This document shows positions 14,731-25,107 of a DNA stretch of 64,000 nt, piece by piece. The position numbers were made by a program, and so were the translations under genes. The notes under the pieces were generated by a model. The model had not been told where the DNA came from, did no database searches, and saw only the letters and a program-made list of their open reading frames with translations. The stretch covers positions 352,001-416,000 of the forward strand of contig CAWKHF010000002.1 of NCBI GenBank assembly GCA_963849325.1. Reading direction: 5' to 3'. Positions within the stretch are counted from its first letter, which is position 1; every line of letters begins with the position of its first letter. The stretch is from an uncultured Planctomycetota bacterium. Its GTDB lineage: Bacteria > Planctomycetota > Planctomycetia > Gemmatales > Gemmataceae.

Positions 14731-15108
14731 TCACTTGTTGGGGTAGGGCTTCTGCCAGAAATTCTCGCCGCTAACGTTGAACTCCGGCGTCGTCTCGACG
14801 GTGCAATCGCCGTTGACCTTCACCTGGCAGGACAGCCGCATCTCGTCCTCGTGGCCGATGCGGGCGAACAGGGTGAGCGGATGGGCGTTGAGGTTGAAGC
14901 GCTCCATCACGGTTTTGTCGCTGAGGTTCTCCATGCCCTTTTTGACCAGGACGCGACAGGTGCCGCACAAACCCAGGCCCCGACAGTTGAGATAACGGTC
15001 CAGCCCCTTGTAGACGGCGATGCCGGCCTGGCGAGCCGCCTCGCGCAGGTTGGTGCCGGCCGGCACGTCGATTTCTTGTTTCTCTTTGACGAAGACAACC
15101 TTCGGCAT
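14731..15108 (-). CDS. 2Fe-2S ferredoxin-like protein
   Basis: NCRGLGLCGTC...RLSCQ. Confidence 0.9.
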   Translation of the reverse strand: MPKVVFVKEKQEIDVPAGTNLREAARQAGIAVYKGLDRYLNCRGLGLCGTCRVLVKKGMENLSDKTVMERFNLNAHPLTLFARIGHEDEMRLSCQVKVNGDCTVETTPEFNVSGENFWQKPYPNK

Positions 15109-15203
15109 GGAAATTCCACCCTCGCAAGAGAGGACGATCGCGTTGTTGGCGCCTCCCCGCCGTCAGGGAGGTCGCCGGCCATTGTAGGGATCGCGGCCAG
15201 CAG

Positions 15204-16201
15204 ATGACAGGGTACACCGCGGAAGGAGTCTCGCCATTAACCGCCGCGAAGCCGGCACCATCCGCCTGGCCCACTTCAGCGACATCCACGTCACCGCGCC
15301 CGCCTGCGCCTGGCGCATGGGCGACTGGTTCAACAAGCGCATGTCGGCGTGGATCAACTTGCGCCTGCTCGGTCGGGGCCAGCACTTTCGCCAGACCGAC
15401 CGCATCCTGGCCGCGCTGCGGAGTGAATGGAGGCAGCGCGGCTTCGACCATGTCGTCTTCTCCGGCGATGCCACCGCGATGGGTTTCGAGGAAGAGGTGA
15501 ACAAGGCGGCGGCGCTACTGGGCGTCGGTGCGGCGGAGGGACCGCCGGGCCTGGCGGTGCCGGGCAATCACGATTACTGCACTCGCGCCGCCATGAGGGA
15601 CGGCCACTTCGAGAGGCACTTCGCTCCCTGGCAGGTCGGCGAGCGCGTCGCGGAGGCGGTGTATCCGTTCGCCCAGCGGGTGGGCCGGTTCTGGCTGGTG
15701 GGCGTCAACTCCGCGATGGCCAACCGCTGGGCCTGGGACGCCAGCGGCCGCGTCGGCGCCGAACAGCTGCAACGGCTGGAGACGCTGCTGCATCGGCTGG
15801 AAGATGGGCCGCGCATCCTCGTGACGCATTACCCGATTTGGCTGGCCAGCGGCAAACCGGAGAAGGCCCATCACGGCCTGCGCGACCTCGAGAAGCTGGT
15901 GTCCGTCGCCCGGGACGGCGGCGTCGTGTTATGGCTGCACGGCCACCGGCACGATCCCTATCATCACCCTTCCTCCGGCGGCGCTCCCTTCCCGGTCATC
16001 TGCGCCGGCAGCGCCACGCAGCGCAAACACTGGTCGTACAGCGATTACACCCTCACCGGGCAGCGTTTGCGCGTGCTGCAGCGCGTTTACGACGAGACCG
16101 AGGGACGTTTTCGGGATGGCCGGACGTTTGAACTGGATTTGTCGGAGTGCCAAAATAGTCCGAAGCGATCCACCGAGTATCTTTCCGAGCCTGAAGCGTA
16201 A
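15204..16201 (+). CDS. Calcineurin-like metallophosphoesterase (N-terminal frameshift)
   Basis: AHFSDIH, SGD, PGNHD, THYP, HGHRH. Confidence 0.88.
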
Positions 16202-16237
16202 GCGAAGAGTGCTCTTCGCTTACGCTTCAGGCTCGGA
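16184..16237. repeat. REP-like family B perfect hairpin between convergent genes
   Basis: tccgagcctgaagcgtaagcgaagag-tg-ctcttcgcttacgcttcaggctcgga. Confidence 0.92.
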
Positions 16238-16250
16238 GAGGAGATGAAGC

Positions 16251-17336
16251 TCACTTGACCCTCTGATCGATCACCTCGGGGTCGAACTCCGCGCCTCGGC
16301 GGTGGATGCGGAATTTGGTCTCCTCAATGTCATCCTCCGAGCGGCCCGGATGTTTCTTCGCCAGGTAGGCCTTTTCGAGTTTGAAGAGCTTCTCTTCCAG
16401 CTTCTCCGGCATGAAGGCCACGAAATGGCTGGGCGGCGTCGGCAGATGGACGCCGAGAATGGTCATGACGTCCCCCACGGACTGAGGCTTGTCATCGATC
16501 CAGTAGATGCGCTGGATCTTGCCGATGTCCTCTTCGAGCAGCTTGGCGGGGCGTGCGGACAGGTCGCGGATGAGGCGATAATCGCGGCCGTTGGCGTCCT
16601 CGCGGACGGGCACGGCGAGGATGGCGCCCAGACCCTGGAGCTGGCTGAGGTAATCGCGGCCGTTGCTGGTGTTGAACAGCATCGACCAGCGCAACATGCG
16701 TTTCTCGCGCTGGGTCAATTTGCCGTGTCCCTCGCCGCGACCATCGCCGGTGCCGGTGCCCTTGCCGTCGCCGCTGCCACCGCCCTCGCCGGTGCCGCCG
16801 CGGCCGTGACCGGGCGCCTTGCCGTCGGGCAGCTGGATGCGGATGTTCGCCTGGGCCAATTTCTGCAACGCCTGCGACGAGGCCGTCTCGCTGCGATGGA
16901 TGTAACGGACGGCGCTGTCGTCGAACTGGAACGGCTTGCGCGCGCCCGGCTCGACCTTCAGGTCCGGCCGTTTGACCGTCTCGGTGGGATCGCGGTGGGT
17001 CGGAGCTGCCTCGGCGGTGCCGGTTTCTTCCGGCGCCTTGCCGACGCCGGGTCCGTCGCCGACCCCGTGTGGGTTGCCGCCGCCGCCGCCCAGGTCCAGA
17101 CGCACCGCCTCGACTGGCAGCGATCGACTGGTGTGGTTGAATACCGAGTAGGCCAGCCAGGCCATCATCAGCGCGAACCCGAAAACGAGCAGGTGGAGGG
17201 CCACCGAGGTCGCGCCCGACAGGGGCAACTCGCCATGCTGGGAGTAGCGCTGCCAGAAACGCTCATCCGGCGGAACCAGCGACGATTTCTGGGATGGAGT
17301 GCCGGACGGGTCCGAGGTAGATGTGGTTTGCGCCAT
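16251..17336 (-). CDS. Hypothetical single-pass membrane protein with Gly-rich linkers
   Basis: One N-terminal TM segment and Gly-rich stretches in a long ORF. Confidence 0.7.
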   Translation of the reverse strand: MAQTTSTSDPSGTPSQKSSLVPPDERFWQRYSQHGELPLSGATSVALHLLVFGFALMMAWLAYSVFNHTSRSLPVEAVRLDLGGGGGNPHGVGDGPGVGKAPEETGTAEAAPTHRDPTETVKRPDLKVEPGARKPFQFDDSAVRYIHRSETASSQALQKLAQANIRIQLPDGKAPGHGRGGTGEGGGSGDGKGTGTGDGRGEGHGKLTQREKRMLRWSMLFNTSNGRDYLSQLQGLGAILAVPVREDANGRDYRLIRDLSARPAKLLEEDIGKIQRIYWIDDKPQSVGDVMTILGVHLPTPPSHFVAFMPEKLEEKLFKLEKAYLAKKHPGRSEDDIEETKFRIHRRGAEFDPEVIDQRVK

Positions 17337-17553
17337 GATTGGACCTGCTCAAGCAAGAGGGGTTCGAGACTTCGCCGACTTTCTTCCTTCCTTTCACCTT
17401 AGCCGATGGCGGACGACAGGGGCAAGCGAAAATGTGCGCTGCGACGGGACTTTCCTGTCGAGGCGGAACAATCTTCGGTGGCAAACCGCGACGCACCGCG
17501 ATACGTTGAGAGGAGGTCGGAGTCAGACCGTTTGCCGTCGGAGAGGGTCCGTG

Positions 17554-19005
17554 ATGCATCCCACGCCCCGAGACTTGCAGCATCCGCTGTTGACGCGCCG
17601 CACGGCCTTGCAGGCAGGAGCGATCGGACTGCTTGGCCTGGGCAGCAATCACGTCGCGGCCCTGAGGGTCTCGGCCGCTCCGCATGACCTCGTTCGCAAT
17701 CACAAGGCCCGCTCGGTCATCTACATTTTTCTCTCCGGCGGTCTGTCTCAAATCGACAGCTTCGATCCCAAGCCGGACGCGCCCGCCGACATCCGCGGTG
17801 AATTTCGACCGCTCGCCACGCGGACGGCCGGCCTGCACGTCTGCGAACACCTGCCCCGGTTGGCCGAGCGCAGCCATCTGTGGTCGCTGGTCCGCTCGTT
17901 GACGCACCGAAGCAACGATCACTCGGCCGGCCATCAGATCATGCTCAGCGGTCGATCGCCGCTGCCGGAGGGCTTCAACCCCGCCGCGCCGCGGCCGAGC
18001 GATTGGCCGTGCATTGCCTCCGTGGCCGGCGCCATGACTCAGCCGCGCAACAATCTGCCGCCGGCCGCCGTCCTGCCGGAACGGCTCATTCACAACACCG
18101 GCCGCGTCATCCCCGGTCCGTTCGCCGGCATCATGGGCCGGGCACGCGATCCCTGGTTCATCGAGGCGTCGCCCTTTGACCCCCGAGCCTACGGCGCCTA
18201 CCCTGAATACGAGTTCGACCACCAGCAGCGTCCTCGCCCGGTCGGCCAGACAAAGGTCTTCCAGGCTCCCAGCCTATCGCTGCCCGAGGGACTCGGCGGC
18301 GGACGCCTCGATGGACGACTCGACCTCCTCCGCCACATCGACCGCCAGCGGCGCGACCTCGACGCCGGCGCCGGCTTCGATCACAACCGTCAGACGGCCG
18401 TCGCCCTGCTGACACAGCCGCGCGTCCGGCAAGCCTTTGACGTTACCCGCGCCGACCCGCGCACGCAGGACCGCTATGGCCGCAACGCCTTCGGCTGGTC
18501 GCTGCTCATGGCCCGGCGGCTGATCGAGGCCGGCGTCAACATGGTCCAGGTCAACCTCGGCAACAATGAGACCTGGGACACGCACGGCAACCTGTTCCCT
18601 CACCTCAAGGACAAACTGTTCCCGCCGACCGACCGGGCGGTGTCGGCCCTGCTCGACGATCTGCACGAGAGTGGATTGCTGGAGAGTACGTTGGTCGTCA
18701 TGGCCGGCGAGTTCGGACGAACGCCGAAGATTTCGCGGCTGTCGCAGTTCTACAAACTGCCCGGCCGCGACCACTGGGGCGCGGTGCAGACCGTGTTTTT
18801 CGCCGGCGGCGGCGTGCGCGGTGGCCGGGTCGTGGGTTCTTCCGATCGAATCGGCGGTCATCCCGCCACGGAGCCACAGACGCCGGAGAACATGGCGGCG
18901 ACCCTCTATCATTCCCTCGGCATCCCCGCGACCGCCATGTGGCACGATACCCTCGATCGCCCGCATCACGTCTACTTCGGCGAACCGATCGCCGGGCTGC
19001 TGTAA
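17554..19005 (+). CDS. DUF1501 family protein
   Basis: TRRTALQAG (Tat-like), IYIFLSGGLSQIDSFDPKP, WDTH, GEFGRTP, GRDHW. Confidence 0.92.
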   Translation: MHPTPRDLQHPLLTRRTALQAGAIGLLGLGSNHVAALRVSAAPHDLVRNHKARSVIYIFLSGGLSQIDSFDPKPDAPADIRGEFRPLATRTAGLHVCEHLPRLAERSHLWSLVRSLTHRSNDHSAGHQIMLSGRSPLPEGFNPAAPRPSDWPCIASVAGAMTQPRNNLPPAAVLPERLIHNTGRVIPGPFAGIMGRARDPWFIEASPFDPRAYGAYPEYEFDHQQRPRPVGQTKVFQAPSLSLPEGLGGGRLDGRLDLLRHIDRQRRDLDAGAGFDHNRQTAVALLTQPRVRQAFDVTRADPRTQDRYGRNAFGWSLLMARRLIEAGVNMVQVNLGNNETWDTHGNLFPHLKDKLFPPTDRAVSALLDDLHESGLLESTLVVMAGEFGRTPKISRLSQFYKLPGRDHWGAVQTVFFAGGGVRGGRVVGSSDRIGGHPATEPQTPENMAATLYHSLGIPATAMWHDTLDRPHHVYFGEPIAGLL

Positions 19006-19049
19006 GGAAATTCGTCCGCACGGCGGATCGATCCGTCGGGAGGAAGATC

Positions 19050-19949
19050 ATGCGCAATCCGTATTGGGCGGTCCTTATGACGTTGGCCGGCCTCCTCGTC
19101 TCCGAGGGAAGGGCTGACCCGCCGACCGCCGACCCACTCGTGACGCTCAACAAGGAGTTCCGCAAGACTTACAGCCGTTCGCGCGCGGCCGCCCTGGCGC
19201 GCAGCGGTCCCGTGATCGTGGTCGATGGCGCGAAGCTCGTCCTGCTCCACGGCAAGGAGCGCTGGGAGGCGGAGGTCGATCTGTCGAAGTATCATCGCCT
19301 GAAGGCCGTCGCCCACGTGCCGCTGACGGTTTATCTTCTCCTAGGCGATGCCACGGAGGATGGGATCTCCGAGGAGGGTCTGGCCGAACTGCGCCGCCTA
19401 CGCGAGTTGATCGTCGCCGCGCGCGATGCGCCGGAGGAACGCGGCTTCCGCGCGGAACAGTGCCGGCGCCAACGGAAGCTCCTGACAGACAGCCTCGCCG
19501 CCGTGGAGGAGGCGCTGAAGCGGCGACGCTGCACCGAAAAGGAGCGCACGGCCTTCGCTCGCCGGATGGCTCCGCTGTTTCTGGACAACATCGCCGACGC
19601 CGCCCGCGTCCAGATCGATGCGTATCACTCCCGGGTGTCGGCATGGCGGGGACAACTGACGGCTGAGGAGTGGGGCAAGCTGTGCGTGGTCATCATGGGT
19701 TCGCAGATGCCGCGGAAGAAGAACCTCGCCGTGCAGTATTTCGCCCGCTTGCTGGGCGAGAGCGGCGAGGGGCGGCGCATCGTCTACGCCGAGGCTCTGT
19801 TCGACGAGAAGCGAGCGCTGAACCTGCTCGGCACCCACCGGCTCGACCGGGAAATCGCCACGGCGTTCTTCGATGATTCGCTGCGCATGGACCGCGATCT
19901 GTTGAGCGATGCCGCCGCCGAATATCTGCGGACACTGAAAATGGATTGA
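19050..19949 (+). CDS. Hypothetical secreted protein
   Basis: GGAGG RBS, signal peptide, long ORF with LKAVAHVPL motif. Confidence 0.65.
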   Translation: MRNPYWAVLMTLAGLLVSEGRADPPTADPLVTLNKEFRKTYSRSRAAALARSGPVIVVDGAKLVLLHGKERWEAEVDLSKYHRLKAVAHVPLTVYLLLGDATEDGISEEGLAELRRLRELIVAARDAPEERGFRAEQCRRQRKLLTDSLAAVEEALKRRRCTEKERTAFARRMAPLFLDNIADAARVQIDAYHSRVSAWRGQLTAEEWGKLCVVIMGSQMPRKKNLAVQYFARLLGESGEGRRIVYAEALFDEKRALNLLGTHRLDREIATAFFDDSLRMDRDLLSDAAAEYLRTLKMD

Positions 19950-19962
19950 GTTGGTACACCTC

Positions 19963-20025
19963 GTTCAGCCGCGACGCGCAGCGGAGCGCGTCGGTCCCGC
20001 GCTCCGCTGCGCGTCGCGGCTAAAC
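19963..20025. repeat. REP-like family C hairpin between convergent genes
   Basis: agccgcgacgcgcagcggagcgcg ... cgcgctccgctgcgcgtcgcggct; second copy at 60621-60705. Confidence 0.9.
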
Positions 20026-20047
20026 AATTGCTCCCGACGGCCGGATC

Positions 20048-21247
20048 CTAAATAACTCCCTCTTGGTGCAATTGGCTCAGACGCTCCGGCGTCAACCCCA
20101 GCAGTTGCGTCAGCACCTCGTCGGTGTGCTGCCCCAGCTGAGGCGGAGCGATCGGCTCGGGCATGGCTGTACCGCTGAGGTGAAACGGCGATGCGGCGAG
20201 GTCCAACGGTCGGCCCTCCGGGTCGCGGACGGTGACGCACAAACGTTGGGCCATCTCCGGCTGCGCGAACAGGTCCGCGTAGGTCCACACCGGCGCGTGC
20301 GGCACCTCGGCGCCGCGCAGCCGTTCCTCCCAGGCCGCCGTCGTGTGGGTGCGCATCAGCGACTCGACGAACGGCACGAGGATGTCGCGGTAGCGCACTC
20401 GCAGCGTGTTGGTGGTGAAGCGTTCGTCGGCGCCGAGGTCGGGGCGCTCGGCTACCTGACAGAAGCGCTGCCACTGGCCATCGTTGCCGACCGCCAGCAC
20501 CAGCCAGCTATCCGCCGTGGCGAAGAGCTGATAGGGCACGATCTGCAAGTGGGCGTTGCCCTGCCGCGGCGGCGCGACGCCGCTGGTCAAGTATGCCTGT
20601 ACCACGTTGACCTGAGCGGCGACGGCACAGTCGAGCAGGGCCAGGTCGATGGCGTAGCCGTGGCCGGAGCGATCGCGCGCCCGCAAGCACGCCAGCACGG
20701 CGACAGCGGCGTACAGGCCCGTCAGTACGTCCGTCACCGCGACGCCGGCCTTGCACGGCGGACCCTCGGCGGGGCCAGTGATGCTCATCCAGCCGCTCAG
20801 TGCCTGGATGGCGAAGTCGTAACCGGGCACGTCGCGCAACGGACTGGTGCGGCCGAAACCCGAAATGGAGCAGATCACCAGGCGCGGATGTTCCGCGTGC
20901 AATTGGGCCGGACTGAGACCGAGCCGATCGGCGCTGTCGGCGCGGAAATTCTCCAGCAGCACGTCGCTCCGCTGGGCCAGTTCGTGAAACAGATGACGTC
21001 CTTCGGGATGGGCCAGGTCGAGCGTGAGGCCGCGTTTGTTGCGGTTGCAGGAGAGGAAGTAGCCGCTCAGCGCCCCGGCGAACGGCGGACCCCAGCCGCG
21101 CGTCTCGTCGCCGCCGCCGGGACGCTCGATCTTCAACACCTCGGCTCCGAGGTCGCCTAGCACCTGGCCGCAGAACGGCCCGGCCAATACCCGCGAAGCG
21201 TCCACAACACGTATCCCCGCCAGCGGTCCCTGTCCGTCGGTCGCCAT
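20048..21247 (-). CDS. CoA-transferase family III (CaiB/BaiF)
   Basis: LAGPFC..LGDLGAEVLKIE, NRNKR, ENFR, PGYD, PPQLGQHT. Confidence 0.93.
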   Translation of the reverse strand: MATDGQGPLAGIRVVDASRVLAGPFCGQVLGDLGAEVLKIERPGGGDETRGWGPPFAGALSGYFLSCNRNKRGLTLDLAHPEGRHLFHELAQRSDVLLENFRADSADRLGLSPAQLHAEHPRLVICSISGFGRTSPLRDVPGYDFAIQALSGWMSITGPAEGPPCKAGVAVTDVLTGLYAAVAVLACLRARDRSGHGYAIDLALLDCAVAAQVNVVQAYLTSGVAPPRQGNAHLQIVPYQLFATADSWLVLAVGNDGQWQRFCQVAERPDLGADERFTTNTLRVRYRDILVPFVESLMRTHTTAAWEERLRGAEVPHAPVWTYADLFAQPEMAQRLCVTVRDPEGRPLDLAASPFHLSGTAMPEPIAPPQLGQHTDEVLTQLLGLTPERLSQLHQEGVI

Positions 21248-21321
21248 GTCTCCCTCCGAGGACTTTCGTGCTTGGTGGCGATTTGCCCTGTGGTATTGTA
21301 AGAGTTGGCGGAAAAAACTTA

Positions 21322-21378
21322 TCCGAGCCTGAAGCGTAAGCGAAGTTGTCGTTCCTTCGCTTACGCTTCAGGCTCGGA
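21322..21378. repeat. REP-like family B hairpin
   Basis: tccgagcctgaagcgtaagcgaag ... cttcgcttacgcttcaggctcgga. Confidence 0.92.
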
Positions 21379-21423
21379 CAAACACTCTTTGTCCGCCCAC
21401 TCGAAGTGCGGAGGAGCAGGGAC

Positions 21424-22173
21424 ATGGATACGGTGGCGGCGCTGCAGGTGTACCGGGAAGTGGCCGACTGGTACGAACGGCAGGGGCAGCCGGCGATGCG
21501 CGATCGCTTCCTCATCCTGGCGGCGGAGGCGGCGTTCTCGGCGGGTAAGCCCGAAGAGGCGGAACGATTGCGCCAGCGCCTGCTGCAAGGCAATCCGCAT
21601 CACATGCTCAAACCGTTCAGCTCCTTCGCGCAGGCGCTACAATCCAGCAACATCCAGATCTACATCCACGACTTGCAAATGAACTATCCGCCGAAGACGG
21701 CGGACAGCCTCTTGCACAAGCTGCGCGGCGGTCCCGAGCCGACGGTCTCGATTCCACAGACGGCGCCTCTGATCGAGATCCGCGACGAGCCGACGCTGCC
21801 CCTGAGTGGCACGGCGGACTCGCTCAAGGTCTATCCGCTGCGGCCGGAGCCGGAGCCGACGGTCCCGCCCGCGGCCCAGGTGAAACCGACTCACCTCAAT
21901 CGGCCGATCCCGCCCGCCGCGCCGGCGCGTACGCCCACGCTTAACGCGCCGGTGCCTCGTGCTCAGCCCGTGCCGTCGCGCCCACTGGTGCCGCCGCGGC
22001 CTGCTCGTCCTGCCGTCGCACCGGCCGCTCCTCTTCCACCGAGCACGGAACCGGCCGCCCCAGGCGGCGCCTGGTTGACGCTCCTGCTATTCGGCATGAC
22101 CGTCACGGCCGGCATCGCCCTCGGTGTCTACACACTGGCCCGGCCGTTCTTGCCTCCGCAGTGGTTACCGTGA
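21424..22173 (+). CDS. Hypothetical protein with Pro-rich linker and C-terminal TM segment
   Basis: GGAG RBS, helical N-domain, Pro-rich region, hydrophobic C-terminus. Confidence 0.65.
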   Translation: MDTVAALQVYREVADWYERQGQPAMRDRFLILAAEAAFSAGKPEEAERLRQRLLQGNPHHMLKPFSSFAQALQSSNIQIYIHDLQMNYPPKTADSLLHKLRGGPEPTVSIPQTAPLIEIRDEPTLPLSGTADSLKVYPLRPEPEPTVPPAAQVKPTHLNRPIPPAAPARTPTLNAPVPRAQPVPSRPLVPPRPARPAVAPAAPLPPSTEPAAPGGAWLTLLLFGMTVTAGIALGVYTLARPFLPPQWLP

Positions 22174-22178
22174 AATCG

Positions 22179-22421
22179 TCACGGGCCGTCCCGATCTTCC
22201 GCCGCCTCGGTATCGGCCGCGTGCCGCATGGCCTTGGCCCGGACGGGTCGGCCGTTGCTCGCCGGCGCCGGCGGCGCCGCGACTTCCGGGGCGGGTTGGA
22301 TGATGGTGGCGGCCGCCGGATCGAGCGCCGGCGCCTCCTTGCGGAAAAAGAACACCGCCACGACGATGACCAGACTCACACCGACGACCAGTCCGAACTT
22401 GGCATCGCGGGGCATGGACAC
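22179..22421 (-). CDS. Small membrane-anchored protein
   Basis: MPRDAKFGLVVGVSLVIVVAVFFFRKE TM segment. Confidence 0.6.
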   Translation of the reverse strand: MSMPRDAKFGLVVGVSLVIVVAVFFFRKEAPALDPAAATIIQPAPEVAAPPAPASNGRPVRAKAMRHAADTEAAEDRDGP

Positions 22422-22645
22422 AACTCCGTAAGGGGCGCGACAACCACTCTACTATCCCCCCTAACGTCGTCTCGGGCGGCTCGTTCTCCACGAAAAAACG
22501 ACATTTTCTCGGGAGGCAACACGGTAGAAGAGGCAGGTGGCGCATCAACGGAGCCGGCTGTAAGGTCGGCGTGGACGTTTCGCGCTCCCCTCCACCCGCC
22601 TGGGCGCTCCACAGGAGGGACGTGAGGATGTACGGCGGGCCATCG

Positions 22646-23335
22646 TCACACCCTTTCTTGATCGAGTTGTTCCAGACGGGCCAGCCATTGACCGAAGTGG
22701 GAGCAGCGCTGGCGCAGGATTGACAGACCGATGGCTTCGGTCAGCAACGGCCCGTGAATGTTCTCGTCATAATCATCAAAATGCTTTTGAATCCTGAATT
22801 TTGGATGACTATGCTGTCCGTGATTGATGCGCTCCGGCGTGTCGAATGGCTGGCACTCAGCGGCCAATGCCGTCAGGGCGCGATTTCTGCCCTCGAACCA
22901 GTCGGCGAACTGCTCGGGGGCCGACAGCACCAGGGCTTCGAATTCGTGAACCTGTAAGTAAGGAATAAAGCGAAGGTCGCCAATCTCCAGGGCGATGGCC
23001 TGCTCTAGTGTTAAGGCTTGCTCATAACAGTCCGACAGTTCCATGGCTTGAGCATAGCCCGGGAAGTCATGCGGTAAATGGTAAAGGTCCACCATCATCG
23101 AAAATCGAGCGTCCGGCGAAGGGATTTCTTTGAGCCAGCGCCGCATGTCTTCCAGGGCGTGCCGAAAGGTGTTGAACATGCCGCCCCGAGGGATCCGTCC
23201 GGCTCGACGGCCGTATGGGCCGGTGAATCGAGGCGGCCACAAGTAGACGTTGAACGCCGTCAAGTGCGATTGGAGCAATGTCAACGCGAACGTTGCTTCG
23301 GTCTGGCCTTCGACCGTCAGGTAGAGGTGCTTCAC
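22646..23335 (-). CDS. DUF4276 family (TOPRIM-like) protein
   Basis: LYLTVEGQTE, MVDLYHLP.DFPG, FIPYLQVHEFEALV, PERINHG, IGL..LR..C.HF..W. GTG start overlaps the upstream stop. Confidence 0.85.
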   Translation of the reverse strand: MKHLYLTVEGQTEATFALTLLQSHLTAFNVYLWPPRFTGPYGRRAGRIPRGGMFNTFRHALEDMRRWLKEIPSPDARFSMMVDLYHLPHDFPGYAQAMELSDCYEQALTLEQAIALEIGDLRFIPYLQVHEFEALVLSAPEQFADWFEGRNRALTALAAECQPFDTPERINHGQHSHPKFRIQKHFDDYDENIHGPLLTEAIGLSILRQRCSHFGQWLARLEQLDQERV

Positions 23336-24450
23336 GCGAACGGCCCTCCCCCGACGACGTTCTTTTCCCACAACTGGGCGAGGGTATAATCCTGAAGCCA
23401 GTCCTTAAGTTGTTCTTCGTTCAAGCGCTTGAAGGTCGAAGCGCCGTCACGCCGATCCACGACGATGACGTCCTCCGGTGCGAAGCCGTCCAGCAGATTC
23501 GCCGATTGGGTGGCGACGATGACCTGGCAATGGTGGGAGACCGACCGAAGCATCCCGCCGAGTAGGTTCAGGCCAGCCGGATGCAGGCCCAATTCCGGTT
23601 CATCAATGACGATCAGGTCCGGCAGCAGTGCTTGCGGTTGCAGAAGCAAGGTCGCCAGTGCGATAAACCGCAACGTACCGTCGGAAAGCTGGTGCGCGCC
23701 GAACACCTCGCCGGTGTGCTTATCCTGCCAATTGAGGATAATGTCCTTTTCCTCGCGGCCGGTCGGTTCGAGGTCAAAGTCCGCCAGGAACGGCGCGATT
23801 TGGCGTACGGTTCCCAGAATGCGGCGATAAGCCGGGTTCCCTTCATCCCTACGGAACCGGTATAACAGCGCGGCGACGTTGCCCGCGTCCGGCATTAGCC
23901 AACGGTCGTTGCCGACGTAGCTGTAGCTCCGCGCCTGCGCCGTGGGCGACGTATCGTGAAAGTGGAAGACCCGGCAGCCATTCAGGAGATGACGAAAGAC
24001 CCCGGCCGTCTGACTGCCCCGATCCGCCTCGTCCCCGATGCGCGTTTCCAGATGTCCGACGCCCAGCGACAGTGGCGGCTTGTGCGATCCTGCCCAGTCG
24101 TGTCGCTTGAAATCCAGCGTCTCTTCCGCGAAGGCAAGGGTGTCGCCCGCGACGTGAAATAACCGCTGATGGTAGGTGTTCAGACCCTGGTCCGTGGCGA
24201 ACTCCAGCATTGCTTCCATTTGAGGCGTACGCTTGGGACCGTAATGCAACACCGATTGCGCTCGACCTGCCTCGGCGACATAGGTTTGCAAACGGCCGCC
24301 CATCATCTCGTTGAGCATCTTAAAGAACGAAACGAGATTGCTCTTGCCGGCCCCATTCGCTCCAATCAGAATGTTCCGAGGGCGCAGCTCGAGGTCCACC
24401 GCGTTGAGCGACTTGAACCCGTTCAGGATCACACGTCGAAGCATCGCCAT
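23332..24450 (-). CDS. ABC-type ATPase (AAA_21/AAA_15 family)
   Basis: GFKS, GANGAGKSN (Walker A), LSDGTLRF, IVIDEPELGLHP, ATQS. Confidence 0.92.
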   Translation of the reverse strand: MAMLRRVILNGFKSLNAVDLELRPRNILIGANGAGKSNLVSFFKMLNEMMGGRLQTYVAEAGRAQSVLHYGPKRTPQMEAMLEFATDQGLNTYHQRLFHVAGDTLAFAEETLDFKRHDWAGSHKPPLSLGVGHLETRIGDEADRGSQTAGVFRHLLNGCRVFHFHDTSPTAQARSYSYVGNDRWLMPDAGNVAALLYRFRRDEGNPAYRRILGTVRQIAPFLADFDLEPTGREEKDIILNWQDKHTGEVFGAHQLSDGTLRFIALATLLLQPQALLPDLIVIDEPELGLHPAGLNLLGGMLRSVSHHCQVIVATQSANLLDGFAPEDVIVVDRRDGASTFKRLNEEQLKDWLQDYTLAQLWEKNVVGGGPFA

Positions 24451-24599
24451 TCGCCGACCTCCTACACATCCCGAACGTCGAACAGGAGCCGTCGGAACTC
24501 TTCCTCAATCATACGCACCTTCCAGATCTGGTCGGAGTGGCGTAGGTTTTCGAGGTTGTTGACGTCGGGAACGGCGCATCGCCGGGCTGTTGTAGGTGG

Positions 24600-25085
24600 T
24601 CAACGGCCCTCGCGGACAGGTTCAACGACCAGACGCATCGGCCCGCCGCAACACTCGCAGAGGTTCTTCTCACTTCGGCGGATCGAGCAGATGTCGCACC
24701 AGTAATAGACTTCGTGCAGTTGGCCCTTGACGTAGCTGTGGACGGCCGTCACCCGCAAGAGTTGGCTGCCCGGCAAAAGCCGTCCCGTCAGACGCATCGG
24801 TCGATTCAGCAAGACAGGATCCTTGAAGAACAGACGCGAGCCGCTGTCTTTGACCAGCGGATAGACCTTGCCGTCGTCGCCGACCAGCGCCAGCCAGTGC
24901 GGCGCCGCGTCGGGATCGAGACGCGAGCCGGCCTTGGCCACGAGATCGGCCAACGGCACGACCTTGCCCGTGAAATACTCGCTTTTCGCTGGCGCTGTCT
25001 TGGAGTCGGTGGCTCCGGCGAGCAGGGGAAACAAACCGACAACGCCAGCGAAGACCAGGGTCGGACGACGAGCAAGGCAAGACAT
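24600..25085 (-). CDS. Hypothetical exported protein with C-terminal Cys cluster
   Basis: Signal-like N-terminus; WCDICSIRRSEKNLCECCGGPM. Confidence 0.7.
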   Translation of the reverse strand: MSCLARRPTLVFAGVVGLFPLLAGATDSKTAPAKSEYFTGKVVPLADLVAKAGSRLDPDAAPHWLALVGDDGKVYPLVKDSGSRLFFKDPVLLNRPMRLTGRLLPGSQLLRVTAVHSYVKGQLHEVYYWCDICSIRRSEKNLCECCGGPMRLVVEPVREGR

Positions 25086-25107
25086 GGCGGTATCTCCGCA
25101 ACATTCG

